Source: Eledone cirrhosa (taxonomy: Eukaryota). Taken from it: DNA of 64,000 bases. The notes under the pieces were generated by a model. It was given only the letters and a program-made list of their open reading frames with translations, was not told the DNA's origin and made no database searches. The stretch is taken from contig OZ024747.1 in assembly GCA_964016885.1 (NCBI GenBank), forward strand, positions 27,838,001-27,902,000. The letters are read 5' to 3'. Shown in pieces: positions 49,201-62,976 of the stretch; position 1 is the stretch's first letter, and the number at the start of each line of letters is the position of its first letter. The translations under genes were made by a program, and so were the position numbers.

Positions 49201-52200
49201 ACCCACCTGCATTTGAAAAATGTGTCTATCACTGCGATTACTAGTCAAATTCCCGTTCATCTACTGCATACATAGTTTTCCTTACCTGTTAGTTTGCCTG
49301 CTATCCCATTACATCTCGTGTGTACCCAAGATTTGCATTGTGTACATTTTATAGAAGTTATGCCAGTTCCTTTTCTACATATCGAACATGGTCATTTGCC
49401 TGATGGAATCAGAGTTTTGTCCTCTTTTCTACTTATCAACACTTTTGACTTAGCTATGTTCACTCTGTCCTCTTGATTCCAACTGCTGTTTCCATAGCCA
49501 GTATATATATGCACATATATCATCATCACCATTTAACGTCCATTTTTCTACACTACCATAGATTAGACGAGTTGTCTCATTGTGAACTGTTTCTGCAGCT
49601 GGATGTTCTTCTAATGCCAACCACATTTACATAATGGAGTGGATGCTTTTTATAGTGGCACCAAAACGACTTTACAGTGTAGACTGAGCATTTTTTGTCA
49701 TGACACCCAACACAACCACTTTATAGTGTGGACTGGGTGCTTTTTGTCATGTCGCTAACACAACCACTTTACAGGTTGGACTGAGTGCTTTTGTAGTGTC
49801 ACCATCATGACCACTTTACAAGGTGGACTGGGCATTTTTTGTTGTGGCACCCCATTTCATAATTTCCCTAGTAACCCAATTGTTAACCCTAACTGCAATT
49901 GTAGAAACCCTATTACATACCCTCTTATGGGTAACAACTGCCTTATAAGTAATGTAGTGTATCAGTGTACTATTTCCACTACTATATCTCCCTTAATTGA
50001 AATGGTTGAAGAAATAGTTTTAACTGAATAAAGCCTTTGTTTATTTCCTCTGAATTTAATATTTATACTCTGTATCAGTTGGCTGCTCAACATCCAATCA
50101 CATCAGTTGTCAGGTCAAGTCAAGAGTGCTTAAACTGTATGGTCTTATCAAAAGATCAACTCGTGGTGGAAGGAAAGTTGGCTGGTAAGAGAAGCAGAGG
50201 TTGGCAGCTAAAACGATAGCTTGATAATGTCAATTTATAGACTGGACTTGACCATTGCTCTTTAAACTCTGCTGTTGGTAATCAAACTTTGTGGATAAAA
50301 ATATCTCGTGTTGATGTGCAGCCTGAAACTGGTGGAGTTAGCATCTCGAGAGCTCTCTGATTTTCATGGTGTTCAACTACCAAATCTATGTTTTGTATGA
50401 TTTGACCTGAATAACATATCAAGCTTCAACACATGTTAAAACACGAATGGATTATCCACTTTCAATTATTATCTTATATATATATATATAAATACTAGCA
50501 GCAGGACCCGGCGTTGCACGGGGTAGGAAATGTGAAATAGCAACACACATATGCAAAGATATGAGGAATGTAGCTGTGTACTTTTTGAATTCTCTTATTC
50601 TCAGGGAATGATTGAGGAGCAATGTAGTCAATTGTGTGAAAACCAAGTAGGGATATTGAGGTGACGAAATCAGCGTGGCAACGCAGTTGCAGCAGAAGGG
50701 GGTCATAGTGCAATTAGCACAAACGCTGGGCAGCACTGCATTTACACACCAACAAAGATGCGACAAAAGGGATCACTGCGAAATTAGCACAACCGCTGGT
50801 CAGCGTACTTGCGCAGGGCATTCATACTACGGTGTAGGTGCAACAAAAGGGGTCTTAGTAGAAGTAGCACAGATGTGAGTTTTATGGTGTCAATAACACG
50901 GCAACGTACACAGGGCCCGGATTTGTGTGTGATGAATGCACGAAGCGTCAACAGGGCACAGACAAAAATTTTAAGGTGTCCTCATTTCCTCAATCCCCCG
51001 AAAATGGTCCTGCTTAAAAGTAAGTGTTGTGTCCTCTGTTAAATAAACCAAATTTTTAACGAAATATTATACGCTACTTACGATGTTTAAGTAGCGTTTA
51101 TATTAAAAATGAACATGGCATGTAATGCTCAATGCTAATTCGTAAATTTCCTAGAAACCATGAATGGAATCGGAAATTTTTTTTTGTCCACAGCAATGTG
51201 AGGGGACCAATTAATGTGTGCTGCAAATTTCGAGGAAATCGGCTGGATTATCTTTAAGTTACGCCTCAAAAAGCCTTTAAAATGTGGTTTTTCGCCTAAT
51301 GCGGGCCCTAGGGCAGAATGTTTTTTAGCCCATTGCACTTCAAGAAATATAAGTAACGCATGTGTAAAGTTTGAAAAAAATATATTTCTGTGTGTATATA
51401 TATATTACACACACACAGAAATGTATATATGTTTCTGTAGCACTCCTCAATTCCCCCCTCTCGTAATCTGTCTCTTTCTTTCACTCTCTCTCTACGCGTG
51501 CGCAAAAACATTCGCACGTGCGCACGTGTTTTAGCGTCTATTCACTGTCTCTCTCTCCCTCTCGCTATCCCCCTCTCGTAATCTGTCTCTTTCTTTCACT
51601 CTTACTCTCTCTCTACGCGCGCACGTGTTTCCACTGTCGGACAGACAGAGAAATTGCTGGTTATATATTATAAGGAGATAACTATGTCTTGTTATTTAAC
51701 CAAAATGATAATTTCTTTCAGAACAACTTGAAAAACCAGTGGAGTTATGCCAAGAACTGTTTCCTCATGAACAGGTAAAACGGACAATTAATTCTGGTGT
51801 TGATTAACAAATTTAATTAATTATTATACTACTTAATTATTTTCTTACATAAATTACATTCCAAGTTCAAATTCTGGCAAGGTCAACTTTACTTTTATTT
51901 TTCCTGGGTTAACTCTTAACATACTCTTAAGAAAATATCTAAAAATGATTTTGATGATGATGTATATCTTGACTGCGTAATGCCCACTTTTCATGCCAGC
52001 ATCGGTTAGTCAAGTTGTCCCATTTGAGACAAGTCAGGTGAGGTGACTATTTCTGGCTTGGTTTCTATGGTTGGATGCCCTTCCTAATGCCAACCACATT
52101 TAGTGTGTTCTGGGTGCTGCACTGAGGGGAGGTGTATGGAAGGGGACAGTGGTGCATACTGAATGTATGCTTCAACCTGTGCACATGGAAAGGTGGGTCA

Positions 52201-54773
52201 TACAATCTGCCTCTCATTTTGATGGAAAAACCATTTGTAGTTAGCAGTAACTCCCTGAACTTTCTCCATCTGTTCTCACTCTGGCTTCTGTACTTTTGAA
52301 ACACCCTCTTTCACTTCTAATTTGGTCACCTTGGTAACAGAAACTATCAACTACTTGTACAGATCTCTGTGAGTTCTCGCTATTATTGCTCCTGTGATTT
52401 GACCACATATAAAACCTACGTTCTTTGCTTGCCTATCTGAGATCTCACTACAACTCTTGTATACCCCTAGTTTGCATTTGGGACATAGGATGGAATTTCT
52501 ACCTACTCCTTTCCTGCACACTTAGGTAATCTGGGCCCTTTTCCTTTCCAAGTTAACTTGAAGACGTTTTCTAGGTCATGCTTCCAGGTTTGGAATTTCC
52601 TCTCTAATTCTGCTACAACAGTGGCATTATGCAGGTATTTAAGTTTCATTGAGTTATTACTCCAACTCGTTCAGTATGCCAGATTGTGATGGAATATATA
52701 CATAGATACCCTTTTATTTAACTGGTTTCAGTCATTACACTGTTGCCATGATGAAGCACTTTTTATATATTTTTCTTTTTTGCCTACAAAGGTTGGCGAG
52801 GTTTTAGGTGCAGAGGTGTACGAATGCATCTGTTGGCGACAGGGTGCACTGCTGTACATGTACTGCAGCACTGTTAATGATGATGAGCAACGCCGTGACA
52901 GAACAAAAGACATGTTCCATCAGGTAAGTTTCTGATTCAATTTTACTATGGTGTATTTAGCTTGATATTTAGTATGACAGTTTACTGTTTCTGCAGTTTC
53001 ACATGTATTGTTGATTTAGTCAGCACCTGTATGTCTAGTACTTATTTCATCAACCTTGGGTGAATGAAAGAACATGTCAACCTCAGCATTATTTGAACTT
53101 AGAATTTAAATAGAGACAGAGAAAAAACTAAATACTTTATCCTCTTTGATACCAAACTACCCATGATTCTACGATACTAAGCTGCATATTGTAACTTAAG
53201 ATGTATCATCATCCATCATCATTTCATTTTACGTCCGCTTTTTCCCTGCTTGCAAGGGTGGGATGGGAACTGATTCTGGCTTGATTTCTACAGCTGGATG
53301 CCCTTCCTAACACCAACCTCATTTACAGTGAGTGCTGGGTGCTTTTTTTGCCGTGGCACCTCCACGACCACTTTGCAGTGGAATGATAGGGACCCCAGTC
53401 CCTATCATCTCATTTCTACAGCTGAGTAAACTGGAGCAATGTGAAATAAAGTGTCTTGCTCAAGGAAACAACACATCACCCGGTCTGAGAATTGAACTCA
53501 CAACCTTTCGATTGCAAAGCCAATGCTCTAACCACTAAGCTCCATATATATGTATCAACCCATAACACCTGATAGAGTTGTAGGAGCACCATAGTAGCAT
53601 ACAACACTTCTTGGGTATTTTAATCCTGGCAGAGTCCATCCCTCTCCAGGTACGAGCACAGCTCATTTCTTCCAGAGAAAAAGAGAGACTGGAAGTGAGG
53701 AAGAATTGACACCAGTACTGGTCTGGTACTTTATCGACCTCAAAAGGATGAAAAGCAATGACCTCAGTGGGATTTGAGCTGAGAGCAGAGAGCCAGAATG
53801 AATACCAGAAAACCTCCTATCTGACGTTCTAACATATGGTTCTCAAATAAAATTTTAGTATGAACCTTTAATGAGTAGTTTTATTTCATAGAACTAGAGC
53901 AGTATCAAAATGCTTGTTGTTCTAGAAGAATAAAGATAAGGGATGTTGTTTAAAATATATTCTGTTTGATTAATTTCAGAATCTTATGAAAGGAATTCAT
54001 TATTTATCTAAGATGTTCCAGGTGAGGAAATGTAAAGATTATGAAGATTTCCAGAGCAACTGTCAACACACAATTAACTTAATCAAAAAAGGTAGGAATT
54101 GTGTCTTAAATATTTCTCATGGATAATATTTGAAAACTGAAATGACCTATTGTATTTTAACTATATGCAGGATGGTGTTCTAGTCAATTGAAACTGTAGT
54201 TAATATTTCTAGAGATAGTGTGTTAATACAACAGTAATTATTACATCATCATCATCATATATATGTACAACATAACATGAATTTTATGGCCATCTTCCCT
54301 GCCTTGTGAGGTTCATGACAAACTTGTCTGCATCCCCTCACATCAATCTCCTGGTTTTCATTTTTAGCCATGTCTTCCCCTTCCTCTACTTCTTTCCATA
54401 TTCTTACCCAGTCAATTTCATCCTTCCTCAACACTTGTTTAAACACCGCAACCTCCAATTTTACCCAAATCAGAAACTGTTAACTTTCTTTCTTCCATTC
54501 CCTACAGGTATTTATTCCGACACCCATCTTCTAAGTTTGATGTACAAAGGTGACATGTGTTACTGGTACCTACAGTCACATGACAGGGACACAACTGAAG
54601 GATGTGTTAACCAGTCCATTAAAGGATGTACTGACCAGCCATTTGATGTTGTAGCTGAAGGAAGGATGGCTTTAGAAACATTTATACAAATCACAGAAGG
54701 ACCTTTAAAGAACCAAGGCTGGTCATCAGACAGAGCAAAGGAGCTCATTAAAAGTCCACAATTTACACATTAA
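46167..54773 (+). CDS. RIMOC1: RAB7A-interacting MON1-CCZ1 complex subunit 1 (C5orf51/UPF0600); 7 coding exons, 288 aa
   Basis: Exons 46167-46281, 47514-47608, 48308-48401, 51722-51774, 52792-52923, 53980-54091, 54508-54773; all GT-AG with consistent phases. Motifs AMLDFTFY..E.DFPE, ECICWRQGALLYMYC, GIYSDTHLLSLMYKGDMCYW and EGPLKNQGW match C5orf51 as recalled. Confidence 0.9.
47514..47608 (+). CDS. RIMOC1: RIMOC1 exon 2
   Basis: TTTTAG| EKSESLSRC...QLYAK |GTTTGT. Confidence 0.75.
47680..47990 (+). mobile_element. tRNA-derived SINE of a third family (intronic)
   Basis: GTGGCTTAGAGGATAGGG head and GTGTCCTTGAGCAACACACTTTATTTCACATTGCTC; related minus-strand copies at about 39490-39610 and 53400-53540. 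Confidence 0.6.
48308..48401 (+). CDS. RIMOC1: RIMOC1 exon 3
   Basis: TTTCAG| AMLDFTFYTESILIETDFPEHSSEEKLTDLL |GTATGT. Confidence 0.88.
48640..49500 (-). mobile_element. Degenerate RTE fragment in RIMOC1 intron 3
   Basis: SFRYLGDKIS, RIRTGWKKFR and GVQERRLRWYGHVMR on the - strand. Confidence 0.8.
49885..49985 (+). mobile_element. Penelope-like element remnant (linker and start of GIY-YIG endonuclease)
   Basis: CNCRNPITYPLMGNNCLISNVVYQCTI resembles the PLE CNCR..CPL.G.CL..NVVY motif. Confidence 0.6.
50495..51678 (-). mobile_element. Non-autonomous Helitron
   Basis: On the - strand: A|TCTCCTTATAATATATAA 5' end, subterminal hairpin CCCGTGCAACGCCGGG, CTAG|T 3' end, no TSD, internal ~115-bp direct repeat. 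Confidence 0.85.
51722..51774 (+). CDS. RIMOC1: RIMOC1 exon 4
   Basis: TTTCAG| KQLEKPVELCQELFPHEQ |GTAAAA. Confidence 0.8.
52040..52620 (-). mobile_element. Degenerate RTE fragment
   Basis: WRKFRELLLTTNGFSIKMRGRLYD plus the RTE tail motif. Confidence 0.7.
52792..52923 (+). CDS. RIMOC1: RIMOC1 exon 5
   Basis: VGEVLGAEVYECICWRQGALLYMYCSTV... |GTAAGT. Confidence 0.92.
53980..54091 (+). CDS. RIMOC1: RIMOC1 exon 6
   Basis: TTTCAG| NLMKGIHYLSKMFQVR...NLIKK |GTAGGA. Confidence 0.85.
54508..54773 (+). CDS. RIMOC1: RIMOC1 last coding exon
   Basis: CTACAG| GIYSDTHLLSLMYKGDMCYW...EGPLKNQGWSSDRAKELI...*. Confidence 0.92.
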
Positions 54774-54865
54774 ACCAACTGGCAACTGAACATTGTTATA
54801 ATATATTACAGAGCACGGAGCCTTAGAACATCAAACAATATGCATAGCAGTATTTTTTCCTACCA

Positions 54866-54982
54866 ATGTCAACTTGACACATTCAGAGGCAATAAAATAA
54901 AGCACCTGTCAAGTACTGAAGTCAATTTAATTAACTCTCTCCTCCCCCAAATTGCTGGACTTGTGCTTAAAGTAGAGATCAT
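54866..54982 (+). mobile_element. Meta-type SINE 3' fragment between the convergent genes
   Basis: AATAAAATAAAGCACC...CCCCCAAATTGCTGGACTTGTGCTTAAAGTAGAGA matches the family tail. Confidence 0.7.
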
Positions 54983-55050
54983 TGGTTGCAGTGACTGTTG
55001 CTTTTTTGACATGGAAATAAAAAGAACAAAATAAAGTATTATATTTGTTG

Positions 55051-55172
55051 TTATGAATGTTCATGGGAATATTGCCAGGCAATACCACTGCTGCCTTCAA
55101 CTGCCTTCGTAACTGGGGTCTCACCAAGATTGGGCTGTAGACCTTGCCAAGATCTTTGGGCTAGAAATTCTC
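55051..55172 (-). CDS. DPH2: DPH2 last exon
   Basis: [40 protein letters not shown]. Confidence 0.92.
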
Positions 55173-58100
55173 CTGCAAAAAATAAAATCATTACATTTCA
55201 GTACAGATTTGTGTTCTTTAATCCGATAGATCAATGGTCTTTAATCTTTGAGGTATCACAATACAGCTCTATGATCTTTAATTTATGATACATCAAAATA
55301 TAGAACAGTGGTCTTTAATTTTATCACAATATAGAATTACAGTCTAATATATGATACATGAAAATATAGATCCGTGGTCTTTCATCTATAGTTTTTAAAG
55401 ACAGCTTTAAGTTTCTGTTGTTGAATCTTTTTGAAACCTCCAAGGACTGGAAGATCTAGTTTAGAGTTAGTAGAAACTTGACAATATATTGCAACACCGA
55501 TCTTGATAGTTTTCTAAAGATCTGCACTTTCTAAGACTAGTAGTATTTACAGTGAAACAAAGTTTCTGGATAGTTTCTACAAAAACATATAGGTGATTCT
55601 AAACGTGTTCTTGATAAAACTTATCTTAAGAATATATGGCCCATTCAAAGCTAACATAGTCTTTGATTATTAACCTTATTCAGTGCCTGATATATTTTAA
55701 ACTGGCTGAAACAATGGAGGATTAAAATTCTCTAGAATTTTCTCCAAATGATTTGACTTCCAATAGATTTAAAATGTAATCTATATCTATTATTTCCCTT
55801 TGTATTCCCTCTTTTCCTAATTCATGTTTTCCAGTTTCCCCAATACCTGAATGGCCTGGTATCCAAATCATATTTCAGTTCAAGGGGCAACTAACTCTGT
55901 AAGTTCTATCAGAATGTCAACACAATAGAGAAGAATTCTTTATTTCTAATATATGATTTTTAATTTAGACACAAGGCCAGCAATTTATGGGGAGGGGAAA
56001 AGTCGATTATATTGACCCAGCACTTAACTAGTACTTTATTTTATTGGCCATGGAAGGCTGAAAGGCAAAGTTAACCATGGCAAGAATTGAACGTAAAGGG
56101 TTGTAACTAAATGTCATGAAGCATTTTGTCAGATTCTCTAACGATTCTGTCAACTGAGAAAATGTGAAATTAAATCCTTATATCATAATGTCTGTTTATT
56201 GAAAAATTAATCTAAAGTGTTTAGAGAAACTCCACAACATTACTATTGAACAGTGGTTCCATGAAAAAAAGGTAGAGGAGTATATTTATATTACGACCAT
56301 ATAACTATAACAGTATTAGACTTTGGGGTTCCCCAAAAAGGGTTCCGCATTTGAAAAAGCAAGAAACCCTGCTATAAAACATTGAAAAACAACAAACGTT
56401 TTAAAGTTATTTTCTCTGCCAAAGCAGAAGTCATGGAGGAACATAGTGTTTCTATTCTAAACTTGATACACAACATACAAATATAAATTTTGAACAAACT
56501 TAGACATTATAAGAACCCCTGTTAGTCACTGCTTAGAACATGTAAGAATATGGTGTACTTATTCTAAACAAGATACACACAGGGAAATTGAAACAGTGAA
56601 AAAAGAAGTTTGAAAATGTGTAGATTTAAGTGACATGTGATGTCAAAATATGAATGACATGACTATATAAATGGATCAGTGATTGTTGGGTACAGAAAGA
56701 TGAGAGTAACAGAGAGAGAGGGAGAGGGTTTTGTGAGAGATCACAGCTCCAATACTATGGGCATGGGGTTAAAATTTCTCAGGAATGAATCGCTGGACAG
56801 ATTTTACGGGCCAAACCAACTGGTAGGAGACCCTGGGGTAGCTCCCCGAGCAAGATGATTGGATAACATTCATGAGCTTGAATGGTCATGCTGGATCTAG
56901 CTGGATCAGTTGGAGACAGTTACTCTGACAGGACCCGGTGGAAGGAGTGTTTGAGGAATCTGCCCCCACGACCCTCTCAGAAATACGAGTGCGAAGAAGG
57001 AGGAGGAGGAGGAGTAATTATGCTTTTAGGTAGCAGTAGTTGATACCTTAGATGCCAGATGATAGAAATAACCATTAATGATTTTATATTGTTTTAACTA
57101 GCAATAACTTGTGCAACCGTGTTGATGTGTGTGTGTGTGTATGAGTAGAAAACATGCCAGAAATGGAACATGTAGGCAAGGCTATTAGTTAAGGAGTTAG
57201 CTTGGCAACCACATGGTTTGGGGCTCAGTCCTACTGCATAGTACCTTGGGCAATTGTTTACTGGAGTTTTGGGTTGACCAATGCTTTGTGAGTAGAATTC
57301 TTTTGTTTGTTTACTTGTGTCAGTCACTAGACTGCAGACACACTGGAACATCCTATATATTTGTATGTTTCCTTGTAACTTCAGCAATTCAACAAAAAGA
57401 CTAGATTTGAAAAAAAAGTGACTTGGGTTGATGTGATTGGCTAAATTCTCTCAAGGTGAAGCCAGTCAAACAACTGAAACCAGTGAAAGAATATAAGATG
57501 TAGTCCTTCAACTCAAATAAGAACTGACTTGGACTATAACCCATACCAGCATCAAAAACATGTAAAATAGTAATGATAACAATAGTGATGTAATTTACAT
57601 GTTACTACAGTAGAAGAGAAGTTGAAGAAATCCCAACAAACCTGCAACTTTAGCATTGACTGTAGTAACAGAGAGTGCTTCTGGTCTTGTAATAATGGTA
57701 TCTGACACTTCTGGTTGATTCTCACATTGACCCAATGTTCGTAGTTTTCCTGTGATCAATGACACATCTGTGTTATCAAATGTATCATCAGAGAAAGGAA
57801 TGTGGGCCACAGCACCTATATTTGGAACAAACAGTGACACTATAGTGAAATAGAAAATCATATTCAACAATTAAATATATATATATATATTTGTGGAAAT
57901 CTACAGTTTTAACAACAGAATAGAATTCAAAGTTTACGTTAACCCTTTAGCATTTAAACCGACGATATCCGGCTAGAATTCTCTCACCTCTTTCTGTTCA
58001 AACCAGCCATAACTGGCCACTCATACTGACATTAAGGTATTATTTTCAAAATAAATAATAACATCATCAAAATCTCATAGACTCCATATTATGTGAAATA

Positions 58101-61100
58101 AAACCTTTACCGTGAAATAAAAGCTTTACCATGAAAATTTAACAGTAGAATGAAGTAAATGCTAAAGGGTTAAAGTTCCTTATTAAACTTGAGTATGTTT
58201 TCCTATTTTTACTGTTTACATGTAAGATTTATTTTAACATATATATATATCATGACTCATGCACTGTTCATTTTCCTGACGTTTGTACATTACCCTATGT
58301 ACTATACATACACTTTTTGATGAGTTGTAGTGCACCTGAGCACTGTACACAATATTTTATTATTATTATTATTATGACTTCTACAAATATATTTAGATCT
58401 GTCGTCTTTAAATTTATGATCATTATGGCTCCTCCATCAGTTTCAACAATGAACATTTATTTGTTTTTGTCAACTGAACATCCGATTTGTAAAATAACAT
58501 AAATGGTTGAGTATTCCACATACACATGTACCTTAATGTAAATCCCAAGTCATATCTATATGACACAATATGTGACAAGGCTAGGTCTTTGAATTACAGG
58601 TACAGTCCATCCAATGGGCTTCAACACGTTTTCCATCTACTGAATTCCACTCAAAATGTTTAGGTTGACTTAAGGCTACGGTAAAGACACTTGCCTAAGA
58701 TTGAACCCAGGATCTCATGATTGAGAAGTGAACTATTCAGTTATGCCTTTGTCTACTTTACTAAGGATATAAACATTTGATATTAAAGATAGGTGCAGGC
58801 ATGGCTGTGTGGTTAAAGTGTTTGCTTCACAACCACATAGGTCTAGGTTTACTCACATTCTATGGCACCTTGGGCATTACAGCCTTGGTTTAACAAATTC
58901 CTTGGGAAGGGAATTTGGTAGATAGAAAATGCAGAAGTCAGTTACATACATATATTTATGTATATGCATATGTGTGTGTTTACATTTGTGTCAGTATCTG
59001 TATTTGTGCCCTGTAACTTCAGCAGAAAAGAGAATAATAAAATAAGTACTAGATTGAAAGAAATAAGCTGTTTAATGACTGAAACCAGTAAAAAAAAATG
59101 CAGAAGAAATCTTACCAGGAAGAAGTTGCCGGAAGTCTGTATAGTAATCCCCAGTCCATTCTCGTGAGGAATTCAGAGCAATTTCGACCTCAAATGGTGT
59201 TACAATTGGTTTAAAGAATTCCTTACTGTCTATCAGACTGTTCTCAGGACATGCAACTAGGACAAAAATGTCAATCTCTAGAAAATTGGACAGTTTAGCA
59301 ACATTGAGTTTCCCTACAACAAATGTGTAGCTTTTTTTGTCAGCTTTCTTGATAATCGCTTCAATCCTGTGTACACACTGCAGATAATCTGATACACCTA
59401 GGGTACCTATGACAATTCCAATAATACTGGCATCTTTAATTCTTTCTATCATGTAGTATCTTCTCATTAGCATTTTGTTAATTAATGTCTCTCGTTGAAC
59501 TTCTTTCAACATTGTATCATAGAAAAATAATGGACATTTAGGAAATGAGAACATTAAGTTGGTCAAGAACAATCCTCGTTCACCAATGAAGAATATAGAA
59601 TAGTCACTAATAGTTTCATTTTCCAGAAGAACTATTGTCCGGCCACATATAGAATGTGTTGAGAATCCCTCTCTATCTCCTTGGTCACTCTCTTCAGTCA
59701 ATTCTTTTGGGACATTCAGTTTAGCTATCTGGACATTCTCATGGTCACTTATACCAATTTTAAAATCATCTGCAAAAATAAAACAACACAAAACAAGTAG
59801 CAATTACATTATGAAAGAGTTATTTTAGCCATTCTATATGACCTGGTCACTGATACAATTCCACTGCAACTGAGCAATTGTATTAGAAACACCCCAAAAG
59901 AAAATAATTGCAGACTAAGTATAATGGGTCCTTGAACATCCTCTCTATTCACTACAGTTGGGGTGAAGATAGTCATCCACAAGAATGAGCCTCCTCCATA
60001 AGTTGGACTGGCTCTTTCAATGCATCTCCCTCACTATCCTTCTGGGTAATGTATTCAACATTTTGTCTGCCGAGTCCATGACACAACAACAATAAAAGAG
60101 TTGTAATTATTAATGGAAATAAAAAATAATTCTTATTCTATAATTGTATCTGAGCAGGCAGTTGTGTGTGTATATTTAACCCATTAGCATTTAAACTGAC
60201 TGCATCCAGCCAGAATTCTCTCACTTCCTTCTGTTCAAACTGGCAGTAACTGGCTGCTCATACTTATGTTAAGGTATTGTTCTCAAAATAAATAACATCA
60301 AAATCTCGTAGATTATATATTATGTGAGATAAAGCCATTACCACAAAAATACAATAATATATATAGAGTAGTGTAAAATAATGAGTAGAATAATGTCCAA
60401 ACACAGTTTCAAGAATCAAGTTACTTGTCAAACCAGTACATCCACTAAATATAATCAATATTCTCTCTAGATTAGAATGTTGTGTCATATTGCCAACACT
60501 AAAAGAAATACTATCTACAACATATGAGAAGCAGCACTAACTTTGGCTACAATAAACTCTAAAATAACATCAAAGCACATTGGACAACAAACTTTATACA
60601 AGATATCGTGATTACCCCATCACACAACATACCATGTCCTCACTCCCATACCAAAGTAGACCCACTACCAGAAAGTTAATTATATTACTAAATTCCTCCA
60701 AATTTTTTATTATTTTTTTTAATTAATTGAAAATCATAAGCAGTGCTTTTCATTAGAAATATAAGAAGATATGCAGGGGATACAACTTGCAGATGTCTGG
60801 GACTATTTTGATCACATTATCCCTGATTACAATAAGCAGATTCTACAGTAATAACAATAATTGTTTCTACTTTTGGCACAAGGCCAGCAATTACCCAGTA
60901 CATTACTGGTACTTTATTTTATCGACCCCGTAAGGATAAAAGGCAAAGTTAACCTCGGCGGGATTTGAACTCAGATCATAAAGGGACGTAACTTTATTGC
61001 CTTAAAGCATGTGTCTGACTCTCTATCGATACTACCAATCCAACAATAATACAGAGGAACCTTATTGAAGGCCATTCGTCACCCAAAATGTTCATAAACT

Positions 61101-62939
61101 GAAATTATTTTCCCCTTACAAAATGATCAGAGAGAAAGAGACTGTGTGTTAGAGACAGATAGATATCACCATGGTAACTAACTACACAGCAAGTTACTTT
61201 TTCCTGCTAATACTCCCAGCTTATCTCCAGCCATTGTTGACGTTTTGCGTGCTTGTTACTTGAGACACTGTTTGTCAACCGAGATGTTTTATGGTCAGAA
61301 AAATTGTTTGTGAACCGAGGTTCCACTGCATATGAATATAATAATAATTGTTTCTACTTTAGGCACAAGGCCAGCAATTTCCCAGTGCTTTACTGGTACT
61401 TTATTTTATCGACCCCGTAAGGATGAAAGGCAAAGTCAACCTCGGCGGGATTTGAACTCAGATCGTAAAGGGACGTAACTATGCTGGAAAGCATGGCGTC
61501 CGACTCTCTACCGATATTGCTAATCCACCGCCCTATGAATATAATAATAATATTTACCAATAGCATGAGTGTATCTCACATCATAATAGACTATGACCTT
61601 TGACATGGAGTCTGGTAAGATTTCTTTGAACTTCTCACAGCAATCTTCTACATCAATAGAATAATGTCCAAATATATACAGAACAGGTAACCTTTGTGTT
61701 GGACTGAGACAGGTGTAACCAAAGTGTATGATACTATCAGCATTGTAGTGTTGGGCTGAGACTTCATCAACACAGCAACTAGTGGAAGGAAGAAAATAAT
61801 AATTACCGTTTATACTCAAGTAATAGTCAATCTCATGTAAAAGTCGACCCCATATTTTAGCCAAAAAATCTGGAATTTTCTAAAGACTTCATATAAAAGT
61901 CAACCATAGTATTTCACAGATAACAGGTCAACGTTTGTGGGTCAAGGTATCATCCTGTATGTAGAAATAACAGTTACAAAATCGTCATGGATTTAAAGTA
62001 AATTTATATTATTACAAATACATGACTGAAACTAAAAAAGTGCCCCAACTTGTGCCTACCTTACTATAGCCTGCCCTATAGTTGTTTAGATGCATAGTAT
62101 AGGTAATATTACTGTAATTAATTGTGTTTTTGTTTACATTTGTTAAGAGATCAGTTGAATTTCTGCTACTGATACAGTATTTTGGATTCTAGCCGGAGTT
62201 TCAAGTTCCTCAAAAGTAGTATCAATGTAATAGTCGATCCCATAAATTTAACCTTAAAAGAATGGTCTAAAAAATTCGACTTTTACATGAGTATATACAG
62301 TAATTAATTTAACTGGACATCTAATTAATTAATTACAGAAGAAGTGTTTTATGGCCAGTTTCTCTGCTAGAGCAGGGATTAGTCTTGTGGGCTCCATGAT
62401 CATGATAAACCATCTTCCTGATAAACCTAATTTAGTCACCTCTTACAATACACATATGACAAAAAACGCCCAGTCCACCCTCTTAGTCGTTTTGGTGCTA
62501 TGATAAAAAGCACCCAGTCCACATAGTAATGTGGCTGGTGTTAGGAAGGACATTGAATTGTCTGATAACGCGACAACCCATCTAACCCATGCAATCATGG
62601 AAAATGGACATTAAATGATGATGAACATATATATATATGTGTGTGTGTTTATATCTATGCCTTGTAACATAATGGATTGTCAAAAAGATATCAATAAAAT
62701 AAGTACAAGACTTGAAAAAATAAGTACTAGGGTTGATATGGTGGCTAAAAATTAATAAAATTAACTAATTAAGAAGAAATCAGAACATGTATTTGTGTGA
62801 TGTGCCTTGCCAACAGGAGCAATCCAAATTATATATTTCCCTATATTATGTATGACACAATACTAATGACTGCTGTAGTAAAGAATTGAATATATGTCTA
62901 CATAGACAATGTGTCCAATGCTTTGGTTGGAGAGAAGGC

Positions 62940-62976
<37 letters not shown>

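Noticed and set aside
61344-61533. tRNA gene
   Set aside because: A/B boxes are present but there is no cloverleaf; it is a SINE head.
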